NCBI GenBank assembly: GCA_050173345.1
Contig: JBFXKW010000013.1
Span: 2,932-66,931, forward strand
Reading direction: 5' to 3'
Source: Alphaproteobacteria bacterium
Lineage (GTDB): Bacteria > Pseudomonadota > Alphaproteobacteria > UBA828
DNA: 64,000 nt
Shown: positions 1-10,348 of the stretch, piece after piece
Layout of the letters: every line of letters begins with the position of its first letter
How positions within the stretch are numbered: position 1 is the stretch's first letter
Translations under genes and position numbers: made by a program
The notes under the pieces: model-generated
What the model saw: the letters and a program-made list of their open reading frames with translations, nothing else
The model's database searches: none
Told to the model about the DNA's origin: nothing

Positions 1-634
<634 letters not shown>

Positions 635-642
<8 letters not shown>

Positions 643-1960
643 CATCGCCGCCCCCGCGACGCCGGCGCAGGCCACCGGCGCCTGGCAGCTCAGCGATTCG
701 ACGGCGCGCCGCGTGCGCCGGCGCAAGGGCGCCGACGCCCGGTTCCGCTATTACGGCCTCGGCGCGATCTTCATCGCGCTGGCGATCCTGGTCATCCTCC
801 TGATTTCGATCATCAGCCAGGGCATCAGCGGCTTCTCGCAGACCTACTTCGCGCTCGACGTCCAGTTCGACGAGGCGGTGATCGACCCGGACGGCACGCG
901 CGACCCGGCGGCGCTCTCGGGCGCGAGCTACGCCACGGTGCTGCGCGACTCGCTCACGAAGGCGTTCCCGGGCGTGACCGAACGGAACGACGTGCGAGAC
1001 CTGCAGCGGCTCTTCAGCAGCGAGGCGCGCTTCGCGCTGCGCGACATGGTGATGGCCGACCCCTCGATCATCGGCACCACCCAGCGGGTCTGGCTGCTCG
1101 CCGCGAGCGACCCCGACATCTTCGTCAAGGCCGGCGGCGAGGCGCGCGAGCTCGCCGAGGGCGACCGGCGCCTGAACGACAAGCAGATCGGCTGGATCGA
1201 CCAGTTGGAAGAGCAGGGCGCGGCCAAGACCAGCTTCAACACCGGCTTCTTCACCAGGGCCGATTCGCGCGAGCCGGAGGCCGCCGGCATCGGCGGCGCG
1301 CTGCTCGGCTCGTTCTTCACGCTTCTGGTGACGCTCGCCGTGTGCTTCCCGATCGGCGTGATGGCCGCGATCTACCTCGAGGAGTTCGCGCCCAAGAACC
1401 GCGTCACTGACATCATCGAGGTCAACATCAACAACCTCGCCGCGGTGCCCTCGATCGTGTTCGGCCTGCTCGGCCTCGCGGTGTTCATCCAGGTCGTCGG
1501 CATGCCGCGCTCGGCGCCGCTGGTCGGCGGCCTGACGCTCGCGCTGATGAGCCTGCCGACCATCATCGTCGCCACCCGAGCCGCGCTCAAGGCGGTGCCG
1601 CCCTCGATCCGCGAGGCGGCCTACGGCGTCGGCGCCTCGCCGATCCAGGTGGTCACGCATCACGTGCTGCCGCTCGCCATGCCGGGTGTCCTGACCGGCA
1701 CGATCATCGCCATGGCGCAGGCGCTCGGCGAGACCGCGCCGCTCCTGATGATCGGCATGGTCGCCTTCATCGTCGACCTGCCGAGCGGCCCGACCAGCGC
1801 GGCGACCGTGCTGCCGGTGCAGATCTTCCTGTGGGCGGACAGCCCGGAACGCGGCTTCGAGGAAAAGACCGCGGCCGGCATCATGGTGCTGCTCGCCTTC
1901 CTGATCGCGATGAACGCGCTCGCCATCTACCTGCGCAAGCGCTTCGAGGTGCGCTGGTAG
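635..1960 (+). CDS. pstA: Phosphate ABC transporter permease PstA
   Basis: 441 aa hydrophobic permease with the long periplasmic insert typical of alphaproteobacterial PstA. Overlaps pstC stop and precedes pstB. Confidence 0.85.
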
Positions 1961-1970
1961 GCCCCCGACA

Positions 1971-2843
<873 letters not shown>

Positions 2844-2871
2844 GCGGGCAGGCACCGACGAGGACCATGCC

Positions 2872-3573
2872 GTGAGCGAACACATCGTCAAATCGTTCGA
2901 CGAGGAGCTGAATCGCGTAACCGGCGTGCTCGCCCAGATGGGCGGGCTCGTCGAGCAGCAGATCTCGAACGCGGTCGCTGCGCTGGTGCGGCGCGACGTC
3001 GAGCGCGCCTCCGAGGTGGTCACGACCGACCGGCGGATCGACGCGCTCGAAAACGAGGTCGAGCAGCTCTCGCTCCGCCTGCTCGCCCTGCGCCAGCCGA
3101 TGGCGGCCGACCTTCGCGTGGTCACCACCGCGGTCAGGATCGCCTCCGACCTCGAGCGCATGGGCGACTACGCGGCGAACGTCGCCAAGCGCTCGACCAC
3201 GCTCTCCAAGCTCGACCCGATGCGCCCGATGGTCGGCATCCCGCGCATCGCCGAGCTGGTGCAGCGCATGGTGAAGGACGTGCTGGATGCCTTCGTCGAC
3301 CGCGACGTCGAGAAGGCGCTCTCGGTGTGGCGCCGCGACGAGGAGGTCGACGCCCTCTACAACAGTTTGTTCCGCGAGCTGCTCACCTATATGATGGAGG
3401 ATCCGAGGCATATCACGCCGTGCATCCACCTCTTGTTCATCGCCAAGAACCTGGAGCGCATCGGCGACCATGCGACCAACATCGCCGAGCAGATCAACTT
3501 CCTGGTGCGCGGCGAGCAGGTCGAAACCGAGCGGCCGAAGGGCGACATGACCCCCTACTCGACGCCGGAGTGA
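2872..3573 (+). CDS. phoU: Phosphate signalling complex protein PhoU
   Basis: 233 aa with a two-repeat PhoU architecture (ERIGDYAANVAK... / ERIGDHATNIAE). Positioned after pstB. Confidence 0.9.
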   Translation: MSEHIVKSFDEELNRVTGVLAQMGGLVEQQISNAVAALVRRDVERASEVVTTDRRIDALENEVEQLSLRLLALRQPMAADLRVVTTAVRIASDLERMGDYAANVAKRSTTLSKLDPMRPMVGIPRIAELVQRMVKDVLDAFVDRDVEKALSVWRRDEEVDALYNSLFRELLTYMMEDPRHITPCIHLLFIAKNLERIGDHATNIAEQINFLVRGEQVETERPKGDMTPYSTPE

Positions 3574-3586
3574 CGCCGGACGACGC

Positions 3587-4294
3587 ATGGGAGTGGCGAG
3601 CGTGAAACCCTACATCCTGATCGTCGAAGACGAAGCCTCGCTGATCACGCTGCTCCGCTACAACCTGGAGAAGGAGGGCTTCGAGGTCGGCGAGGCGGTC
3701 GACGGCGAGGAAGCGCTCTTCATGATCCGCGAGCGGCGGCCCGACCTCGTGGTGCTCGACTGGATGCTGCCCTCGCTCTCGGGCATCGAGGTGTGCCGGC
3801 GCATCCGCCGCGCGCCCGAGTTCAAGAACCTGCCGGTCATCATGCTGACCGCGCGCGGCGAGGAGAGCGACCGCATCCGCGGCCTCGACAACGGCGCCGA
3901 CGACTACATCGTCAAGCCGTTCTCGCCGAGCGAGCTCTTGGCGCGCATCCGCGCCGTGCTGCGCCGGCTCCGCCCCGCGCTCGCCGAGGAAAGCATCGCC
4001 TATCGCGACGTGAAGATGGACCTCGCCGCCCACAAGGTGACCCGCGAGGGCGAGCCGATCCATCTCGGGCCGACCGAGTTCCGCCTGCTGCGCCATCTGC
4101 TCGAGCATCCGGGGCGGGTGTTCACCCGCGAGCAGCTGCTCGATGCGGTGTGGGGCCAGGACGTCTATCTCGAAAGCCGCACGGTCGACGTCCATGTCCG
4201 CCGGCTGCGCCAGGCGCTCAACAATGGCGGGCGCAGCGACCTGATCCGCACCGTGCGCTCCGCCGGTTATTCCCTCGACGCCGGCGACCATTAG
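3587..4294 (+). CDS. phoB: Phosphate regulon response regulator PhoB (OmpR family)
   Basis: Receiver domain (ILIVEDE...D...LPSLSGIEVCRRIR) plus winged-helix domain. Follows phoU. Start may be GTG 3593/3602. Confidence 0.85.
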   Translation: MGVASVKPYILIVEDEASLITLLRYNLEKEGFEVGEAVDGEEALFMIRERRPDLVVLDWMLPSLSGIEVCRRIRRAPEFKNLPVIMLTARGEESDRIRGLDNGADDYIVKPFSPSELLARIRAVLRRLRPALAEESIAYRDVKMDLAAHKVTREGEPIHLGPTEFRLLRHLLEHPGRVFTREQLLDAVWGQDVYLESRTVDVHVRRLRQALNNGGRSDLIRTVRSAGYSLDAGDH

Positions 4295-4310
4295 GCCGTC
4301 TCCTTCCTTC

Positions 4311-4390
4311 ATCGTCATTGCCGGGCTTGACCCGGCAATCCAGCTTCACGAAGAAGCCTGGATGCCCGGATCAAGTCCGGGCATGACGAA
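4311..4390. repeat. Family-1 palindromic repeat element (two GC hairpins: cgtcaTTGCCGGGcttgaCCCGGCAatcc ... gGATGCCCGGatcaagtCCGGGCATgacg)
   Basis: Seen directly in sequence. Same bipartite element recurs at about 15066-15158, 17430-17555, 23535-23611 and 57980-58072. Sits between convergent phoB and ampG. Confidence 0.85.
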
Positions 4391-4397
4391 AAAACTA

Positions 4398-5762
4398 CTA
4401 TTCCGCCTTCGCCGCCGTTGACGCTGCGGGCGCGCCGACCGCGCCCTTGCGGCCGAGCCAGTAGAGCAGCGCGAGGCCGGGCAGGGCGGCCACGGCGGTG
4501 AGCGCGAAGAACGGCATCCAGCCCATGACCTCGGCGAGCCAGCCGGCCGGCGTCGCCAGCACGGTGCGCGCCACCGAGGCGATCGCGCTTAGGAGCGCGT
4601 ATTGCGTCGCCGTGTAGAGCAGGTTGCACAGCCCGCTCAAATAGGCGACCAGCGCCGCGGTGCCGATGCCGCCCGAGAAATTCTCGACGCCGATGACGAG
4701 CGCGAGCACGCCGACATCGTGGCCGACATGCGCCTGCAGCACGAACAGGAGATTCGAGACGAGCTGCGCGCCGCCCGCGATCCAGAGCGAGCCGAGCGTG
4801 CCGAGCCGCGCGATCATCATGCCGCCGAGCGCGAGGCCGACCAGCGTGGCGATGAAGCCGTAGAGCTTGCTGACGTTCGCGATCTCGGCGTTGCTGAACT
4901 GCAGCTCGACCAGGAACGGCCCGGTCATGATGCCGGCGAGCGCGTCGCCGAACTTGTAGAACAGTACGAAGAGCAGCACGACCAGCCAGAGCTGGCGCTT
5001 CATGAAGTCGAGCAGCGGCGCGACCACGGCTTCCTTGAGCGCGCGGCCGAGCGAGCCGGCCGCTTGCAATGCCGCCTCGGGCACGCGCGGCTCGCGGCTC
5101 GCAAGCACGGTCACGACGCCGATCAGCACGCAGCCTGCCATCACCAAGTAGACCGCGCGCCACGGCACGAGGTCGGCGAGGTAGAGCGCACCGGCGCCCG
5201 AGACCAGCATGCCGACCCGGTAGCCGAACACGATGGTCGCGGCGCCGGCGCCGTATTGCCGGGGCTCCAGGATTTCGACCCGGTAGGCGTCGATCACGAT
5301 GTCCTGGCTCGCCGAGAAGAACGCGGTCAAGAGCGCGAAGACGGCGAGCAGGAGCGGGTCTATCGCCGGGTTGGTCAGCGCCATGGCGGCGATCGCCGCC
5401 ATCAGCGCCGCCTGCGTCACGAGCGCCCAGCTTCGCCGCCGGCCGAACAGGCGCCCGAGCAGCGGCAGGCCGAGCCGGTCGATCACCGGCGCCCACAGGA
5501 ACTTGAGCGCGTAAGGCAGCGTCACCGCGCCGAACAGCCCGATGGTCGTCTTGTCGACGCCCTCGCGGGACAGCCAGATCGAGAGCGTGCCGAGCGTCAG
5601 CGCGAGCGGCAGCCCGCTCGAGACGCCGAGGAAGAAGATGGTGACGATGCGCCAGTCGGCATAGGCGCGCGCGCCGGTGAGTGCCGCCTGCGCGAGGCCG
5701 GGCAGGCGGGCCTGGGCCTCGCGGGCGCGCGCGGCGAGCGAGCCGGTCTCGCCTTGGGCCAA
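4398..5762 (-). CDS. ampG: AmpG-family MFS muropeptide permease
   Basis: Conserved AmpG N-terminal block (IVTIFFLGVSSGLPLALTLGTLSIWL...WAPVIDR) and a 12-14 TM profile. Proposed TTG start at 5762 preceded by GGAGG. The ORF-track ATG at 5978 would overlap the divergent neighbour. Confidence 0.7.
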   Translation of the reverse strand: MAQGETGSLAARAREAQARLPGLAQAALTGARAYADWRIVTIFFLGVSSGLPLALTLGTLSIWLSREGVDKTTIGLFGAVTLPYALKFLWAPVIDRLGLPLLGRLFGRRRSWALVTQAALMAAIAAMALTNPAIDPLLLAVFALLTAFFSASQDIVIDAYRVEILEPRQYGAGAATIVFGYRVGMLVSGAGALYLADLVPWRAVYLVMAGCVLIGVVTVLASREPRVPEAALQAAGSLGRALKEAVVAPLLDFMKRQLWLVVLLFVLFYKFGDALAGIMTGPFLVELQFSNAEIANVSKLYGFIATLVGLALGGMMIARLGTLGSLWIAGGAQLVSNLLFVLQAHVGHDVGVLALVIGVENFSGGIGTAALVAYLSGLCNLLYTATQYALLSAIASVARTVLATPAGWLAEVMGWMPFFALTAVAALPGLALLYWLGRKGAVGAPAASTAAKAE

Positions 5763-5852
5763 GGGCGGCCCTCCCTCCGAATCGGCATGACAGCGTAGCC
5801 GCCCTTGTCTAGCTTGAAGCCGCGACTTTGCACAGGGCGGGAAGGCGAACGC

Positions 5853-6728
5853 ATGGCCTCCAAGACGAGAACGACGACGCCGAAACGGCTCCTCTTCGCG
5901 ACCGACCTCCTGCCGCGCTGCGACCGCGCGCTGGAGCGGGTGGTGCAGCTCGCGCGCCAGTGGCAGGCCGAGCTGCACCTCCTGAACGTGCTGGAGAACG
6001 AGCTCTTGCCGCCGGCCAACCTGAAGCGCGAGGTCGAGCAGCGACGCGCCGAGGCCGAGGCCATGCTCGCGCCCTATGCGCGGCGCGGCGAGCTGAAAGC
6101 AAAGATCGACATCGCGGTGGGCGGCGCGGCCGGCGCGGTGACCACGACGGCGCGCTCGACGCGCGCCGACCTCATCGTGATGTCGCCGGCGAGCTATGAT
6201 TCACTGATGACCGCCGTGCTCGGCTCGACGGTCGATCGCGTGCTGCGCCACGCGGACCAGCCGATCCTGATCGTGAAGCGGCGGGCCGGCGCGCCTTACA
6301 GGTCGATCCTCGTCGCGGTCGACCTGTCGGAGACCTCGGCCTACGCGCTCAACCGCGCGCTCCGCCTGTTCCCGAACGCCAGGTTCACCGTGGTGCACGC
6401 CTTCGAGATTCCGTTCTCGGGCTTCGTGCGTGCCGGCGCGGTCGAGGCCGAAATCCGGGCGACGCACGAGCAGGCGGCGGCCGAGCTGGTCGAGGCCGAG
6501 CTCGCCCGCCTCGGCGCCGGCGCGAAGCGGCCGAGGGTCGAGCTCAGGGTCGAGCGCGGCAGCCCGGACGGCGTGGTGTTCCGCCATCTCCGCGCCGATG
6601 CGCCAGATCTCCTGGTGCTCGGCACGCACGGCCTCACCGGCGTGCGCCGCGCCGTGATCGGCAGCACCGCCGAGCGCCTGATCGAGATCGCCCCCTGCGA
6701 CATCCTCGCCGTCCGCCCGCCAGGGTGA
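5853..6728 (+). CDS. Universal stress protein (tandem UspA domains)
   Basis: Two Usp-type domains; the second ends with the typical LLVLGTHGLTGVRRAVIGSTAERL motif. Confidence 0.8.
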   Translation: MASKTRTTTPKRLLFATDLLPRCDRALERVVQLARQWQAELHLLNVLENELLPPANLKREVEQRRAEAEAMLAPYARRGELKAKIDIAVGGAAGAVTTTARSTRADLIVMSPASYDSLMTAVLGSTVDRVLRHADQPILIVKRRAGAPYRSILVAVDLSETSAYALNRALRLFPNARFTVVHAFEIPFSGFVRAGAVEAEIRATHEQAAAELVEAELARLGAGAKRPRVELRVERGSPDGVVFRHLRADAPDLLVLGTHGLTGVRRAVIGSTAERLIEIAPCDILAVRPPG

Positions 6729-6784
6729 TCGCGCACCGCCGCCGAGAGCACGCCCGACTAGCGGCCCGTCTTGTTTAGACCCCC

Positions 6785-6888
6785 CACCCTAACCCTCCCC
6801 CGCAAGGGGGGAGGGGAATACGGGATTGTGCCCCGGCGCTCCTTCTTACCCCCTCCCCCTTGAAGGGGGAGGGTTGGGGTGAGGGTGA
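6785..6888. repeat. Composite G/C-tract hairpin repeat (cccTCCCCCgcaaGGGGGGAggg ... cCCCCTCCCCCttgaaGGGGGAGGGtt)
   Basis: Two strong hairpins with the outer flanks (caccctaaccc / ggttggggtg) also inverted. Lies between convergent usp and wrbA. A related single hairpin is at 39330-39357. Confidence 0.8.
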
Positions 6889-6930
6889 CTCATGAAACGG
6901 GCTTCGGGGCTGCTTGCCAGCGCAGGTGCC

Positions 6931-7533
6931 TCAGCCGGCGAGCTTCTTCGTGATCTCGGCGACGTGGCGGCCCTGGAAGCAGGCGATCGCGAGTTCGTTC
7001 TCGCTCGGCTGGCGCTTGCCGTCGCCGCCGGCGATCGTCGTCGCGCCATAGGGGGTGCCGCCGCTCACCTCGTCCATCACCACGAGGCCCTGCGCGCTAT
7101 AGGGCACGCCGACGATGACGAAGCCATGGTGCAGCAGCGTGGTGTGGAACGAGGTGATGGTGGTTTCCTGGCCGCCATGCTGGGTCGCGGTCGACGCGAA
7201 CACGCTGCCGACCTTGCCGATCAGCGCGCCCTTGGCCCAGAGGCCGCCGGTCTGGTCGAGGAAGTTGCGCATCTGCGCCGCCATGTTGCCGAAGCGCGTC
7301 GGCGTGCCGAAGATGATCGCGTCGTAATCGGCGAGCTCGCCGACCGTTGCAATGGGCGCCGCCTGGTCGAGCTTCATGCCCGACGATTTGGCCACCGCCT
7401 CGGGCACCAGCTCGGGCACCCGCTTGATCGTGACGCTCGCGCCCGCGACCTCGCGCGCCCCCGCCGCGACCGCCTCGGCCAGCCGCTCGATGTGGCCGTA
7501 GGCGCTGTAATAAAGAACCAGGATCTTGCTCAT
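6931..7533 (-). CDS. wrbA: NAD(P)H:quinone oxidoreductase WrbA (flavodoxin-like)
   Basis: [16 protein letters not shown]... flavodoxin-like fold, 199 aa. GGAG RBS upstream of ATG 7533. Confidence 0.9.
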   Translation of the reverse strand: MSKILVLYYSAYGHIERLAEAVAAGAREVAGASVTIKRVPELVPEAVAKSSGMKLDQAAPIATVGELADYDAIIFGTPTRFGNMAAQMRNFLDQTGGLWAKGALIGKVGSVFASTATQHGGQETTITSFHTTLLHHGFVIVGVPYSAQGLVVMDEVSGGTPYGATTIAGGDGKRQPSENELAIACFQGRHVAEITKKLAG

Positions 7534-7602
7534 TTTGCTCCCTCTTCGGCATTCAAGGTGACGCCGGCAATCCCCGCCGGCCCTCTGCATAGCTAGTGTT
7601 TG

Positions 7603-7635
7603 ACTTACCCGATTAAAGTAAGTACCAATTGGTAA
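7603..7635. promoter_or_regulatory. Candidate HxlR operator: inverted repeat ACTTAC-N9-GTAAGT overlapping the perfect palindrome TACCAATTGGTA
   Basis: AT-rich divergent intergenic region between wrbA and the HxlR regulator gene. 12-bp perfect palindrome at 7624-7635. Confidence 0.45.
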
Positions 7636-7657
7636 CTAATAAGACCGGGGAGATGAC

Positions 7658-8086
7658 ATGAACGCCGAGACCCAACGCACCGCGCCCTACGCCAATGGCG
7701 CGGCCGGGGCGGATGCCGAGGCCGCGAGCACGGCCTCGACCTGCCCGATGGATTACATCCTGCGCCAGCTCATGGGGCCGTGGACCACCTACATCCTCTG
7801 GGTGCTGCGCACCAAGGGGCCGCTCCGCTTCGGCGCGCTCAAGAAGGAGGTCGCCGGCATCTCGGCCAAGATGCTGACCGAGCGGCTGCGCACGCTCGAA
7901 CGCGCCGAGCTGATCTACCGCAGCTACGAGACCACCGTGCCGCCCAAGGTGACCTACGGCCTCGCGCCGCGCGGGCTCGAGCTCCAGCCGATCCTCGATG
8001 CCTTCGCCGAGATCGGCCGGCGCTGGCAGGCCGAGAACGCGGCGCGCCGCGTGGTCCAGGCCCGGCCGCGCCAGGTGGCGGAGTAG
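7658..8086 (+). CDS. HxlR-family winged-helix transcriptional regulator
   Basis: 142 aa with the HxlR core (CPMDYILRQLMGPWTTYILWVL...KKEVAGISAKMLTERLRTLERAELI). Divergent from wrbA, a classic HxlR/quinone-reductase pairing. Confidence 0.85.
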   Translation: MNAETQRTAPYANGAAGADAEAASTASTCPMDYILRQLMGPWTTYILWVLRTKGPLRFGALKKEVAGISAKMLTERLRTLERAELIYRSYETTVPPKVTYGLAPRGLELQPILDAFAEIGRRWQAENAARRVVQARPRQVAE

Positions 8087-8097
8087 CGGCCGAATCC

Positions 8098-8250
8098 ATC
8101 GCCTCTCGATCGGGAGCGGAGCTAGAGCAGGATCGTTTGAGGTGGAATCGCGGAGCGATTCCATCTCAAACGATCCTGCTCTATTCAACAAGTTAGAGCA
8201 CGATTCACCGATCAGGTTGGACCAACCTGATCGGACCGTGCTCTAGCCGC
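8098..8250. repeat. Family-3 highly structured repeat: a ~30-bp near-perfect hairpin (tagagcaggatcgtttgaggtggaatcgc/gcgattccatctcaaacgatcctgctcta) plus a second nested hairpin (gagcacg..gatcaggttgg ac ccaacctgatc..cgtgctc)
   Basis: Seen in sequence. A rearranged copy lies at 14326-14420 and a fragment at 39367-39401. Confidence 0.8.
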
Positions 8251-8255
8251 CTCGC

Positions 8256-8708
8256 TCAGTCCACGATGGGCGCGGCCAGCGCCTCGGCATTGCCGGACGC
8301 GGCCAAGCGTTCGAGCGTCGCGTGGAGCCCGGCGGTATCCGGGCAGATGACCAGCCGCGTCGCGCGACCCCAGCGCAGATGCAGCGCGTGCACGCCGCGA
8401 TTGGAGGTGTGCACGCCGTCGGTGCCCGAGTTGGTCTCCTCCCACTCGATCACCACGACGGTGTTCCACGGCCCGCCGCTCACCCAGATGCGCTCCAGCT
8501 CGAAGCGGATGTCGGGCAGCAGCCGATAGAGCCGCGCATACCACGCCCGGGTCGCGCGGAGCGTCGTCCTCGACCCGCCGAGCGCATGCCCGCCGATGAA
8601 GCGATGCTCGAAGCGGCGCGCGAACGCCCGCAGCACAGGCTCCGCATCGCCGCGGTTGACGGCGTCGAACAGCGCGCGGACCTGCCTGCGAACCACGGCG
8701 TGATACAT
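8256..8708 (-). CDS. SnoaL/NTF2-like family protein
   Basis: 150 aa; the fold assignment is from overall composition and the divergent HxlR partner. Weak on its own. Confidence 0.55.
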   Translation of the reverse strand: MYHAVVRRQVRALFDAVNRGDAEPVLRAFARRFEHRFIGGHALGGSRTTLRATRAWYARLYRLLPDIRFELERIWVSGGPWNTVVVIEWEETNSGTDGVHTSNRGVHALHLRWGRATRLVICPDTAGLHATLERLAASGNAEALAAPIVD

Positions 8709-8721
8709 GCCGGCACCATGG

Positions 8722-8760
8722 GTTCAATGTTTGAACTAAGGTACGCCATTGAGTTCAATC
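8722..8760. promoter_or_regulatory. Candidate operator: GTTCAAtgtTTGAAC inverted repeat plus a third GTTCAA half-site
   Basis: Sits in the 40-bp divergent spacer between the SnoaL-like gene and the second HxlR regulator gene. Confidence 0.4.
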
Positions 8761-9288
8761 ATGCAACCTACTAGGCTCGACGGCATGGAGAGAACCAGCT
8801 TCGCCGAGATGCGCTGCTCGCTGGCCCGCGCCCTCGAGCTGATCGGCGACTGGTGGTCGCCCCTGATTATCCGGGACCTGTTCCTCGAGGTGAGCCGCTT
8901 CGACGAGCTGGTCGAGGATCTCGGCATCTCGCGCAATCTCTTGACCCGGCGCCTGAACGCGCTCGTCGCCAAGGGCATCGTCGAGCGGACCGCGTACCAG
9001 CTTCGCCCGCCGCGCTACGAATATCGGCTGAGCGAGGCGGGCCGCGACCTCGTGCCGGCCATTCTGGCGCTCACCGCCTGGGGCGACCGCTGGGCGCGGC
9101 CGGCGCAGGGCAGGCCGATCCTGTTCGTCCACACGGCATGCGGACAGCGCTTCGAGCCGCGCGTGACCTGCTCGGCGTGCGGCGAGCCGGTCAGCGCCGA
9201 CGCCGTCAGGGCGCTGCCCGGCCCGGGCGGCGCGGCGAAACCGGGGACCAAGGTGGTGGCGCGGCGCCTCGGCACCAGGGCTCGATGA
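8749..9288 (+). CDS. HxlR-family transcriptional regulator (second copy, with C-terminal Cys-rich tail)
   Basis: CSLARALELIGDWWSPLIIRDL...RRLNALVAKGIVER core, plus a C-x-C...C-x2-C tail. Confidence 0.8.
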   Translation: MSSIMQPTRLDGMERTSFAEMRCSLARALELIGDWWSPLIIRDLFLEVSRFDELVEDLGISRNLLTRRLNALVAKGIVERTAYQLRPPRYEYRLSEAGRDLVPAILALTAWGDRWARPAQGRPILFVHTACGQRFEPRVTCSACGEPVSADAVRALPGPGGAAKPGTKVVARRLGTRAR

Positions 9289-9456
9289 ATGCGCTTCGTC
9301 GAGCGGCCGGCGTCGTTTGACACAGCCGCGGCGCGGCCGCTTGGTTGTTGATTTCGCGTTTCTTTCATACCATGTGGCAAGAAATAATGGTGAGCTTGGG
9401 CCACACCGCGCGGCGCATCGGCCAGCGCGGAGGATGAGGCAGCCGGCAGGCGCAGG

Positions 9457-10278
9457 ATGACACGCAACCGCCTCAGGGCATTGGCGAAGGGCACGCACGG
9501 CCTTTGCTTGGGCCTCGCGCTCGGGCTTTGCGTTGCCGCCGTGCCCGCGCTCGCCCAGGAGGCGGGCCAAAGCCCGGCGCTCGACGGCGACGGCCCCCTG
9601 TTCGACCCGCGCGTTCTTGACGGCAAGGAAGGCTCGGTCGCCATCCCGCTCGGCGACGGCTTCGGCCTCACGCTCGGCGGGCTCCTGGAGGACGACAGGC
9701 GGGGCAGCGCGAGCGAAGACAGCGTGCTCGGCACCGCCGGCCACCTGTTCTGGCGCGACCCGGCCGAGGGGCTGCTCGGGCTCTACGGCCATTACGCCCA
9801 GGCCGACGCGCTGGGCGGCACCGAGCTCTATATCGGCGGCGCCGAGGCCGCCGGCTATTGGGACCGCTTCACGGTCGCGGGCGCGGCCGGCATCGAGGGC
9901 GGCGCGCAGTTCGTCGGCACCGCGCCGCTCGGCCGCCTCGACCTCGATATCGGCCCGGCCTTCTTCAGCAACCTGACCGGCTCCTACTACCCGGAGGACG
10001 ATCTCCGGCTCTCGATCGGCCACCATCTGGCGGGCGGGCAACACGCCGGCCAGTTCGAGGCGGAATGGGGCCTCGATGGCGGCGGCGCCGGCCCGCTCAG
10101 CCTGTTCGCCTCGGGCATGCTCACCGAGGCGGCCGATGCCGGCATGCTGGCGGGACTGAGGATCTATTTCGGCCAGAACGAAAAGCCGCTGATCCAGCGC
10201 GACCGCGAGGACGATTCATCGTTCGTCGGCAATCTCGGCTCGATCGGCGCCATGCTTCGCTTCAACAAGCACAAATAG
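9457..10278 (+). CDS. Exported Gly-rich hypothetical protein (possible outer-membrane beta-barrel)
   Basis: Sec signal peptide (LALGLCVAAVPALAQE), Gly/aromatic-rich alternating segments, C-terminal ...LRFNKHK. No recognisable catalytic motif. Confidence 0.5.
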   Translation: MTRNRLRALAKGTHGLCLGLALGLCVAAVPALAQEAGQSPALDGDGPLFDPRVLDGKEGSVAIPLGDGFGLTLGGLLEDDRRGSASEDSVLGTAGHLFWRDPAEGLLGLYGHYAQADALGGTELYIGGAEAAGYWDRFTVAGAAGIEGGAQFVGTAPLGRLDLDIGPAFFSNLTGSYYPEDDLRLSIGHHLAGGQHAGQFEAEWGLDGGGAGPLSLFASGMLTEAADAGMLAGLRIYFGQNEKPLIQRDREDDSSFVGNLGSIGAMLRFNKHK

Positions 10279-10348
10279 CGCAGCGGTCATCGCCTTGCCC
10301 TCTGCATTGCGGTTGCCAACTGCCGCGAGGCCGGCGAGGCTGCGCTGA

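Noticed and set aside
3494-4318. 274-aa minus ORF and several plus ORFs (3327-3605, 3793-4386) overlapping phoU/phoB
   Set aside because: They overlap strongly supported PhoU/PhoB frames and have low-complexity Arg/Pro/Ala-rich translations.
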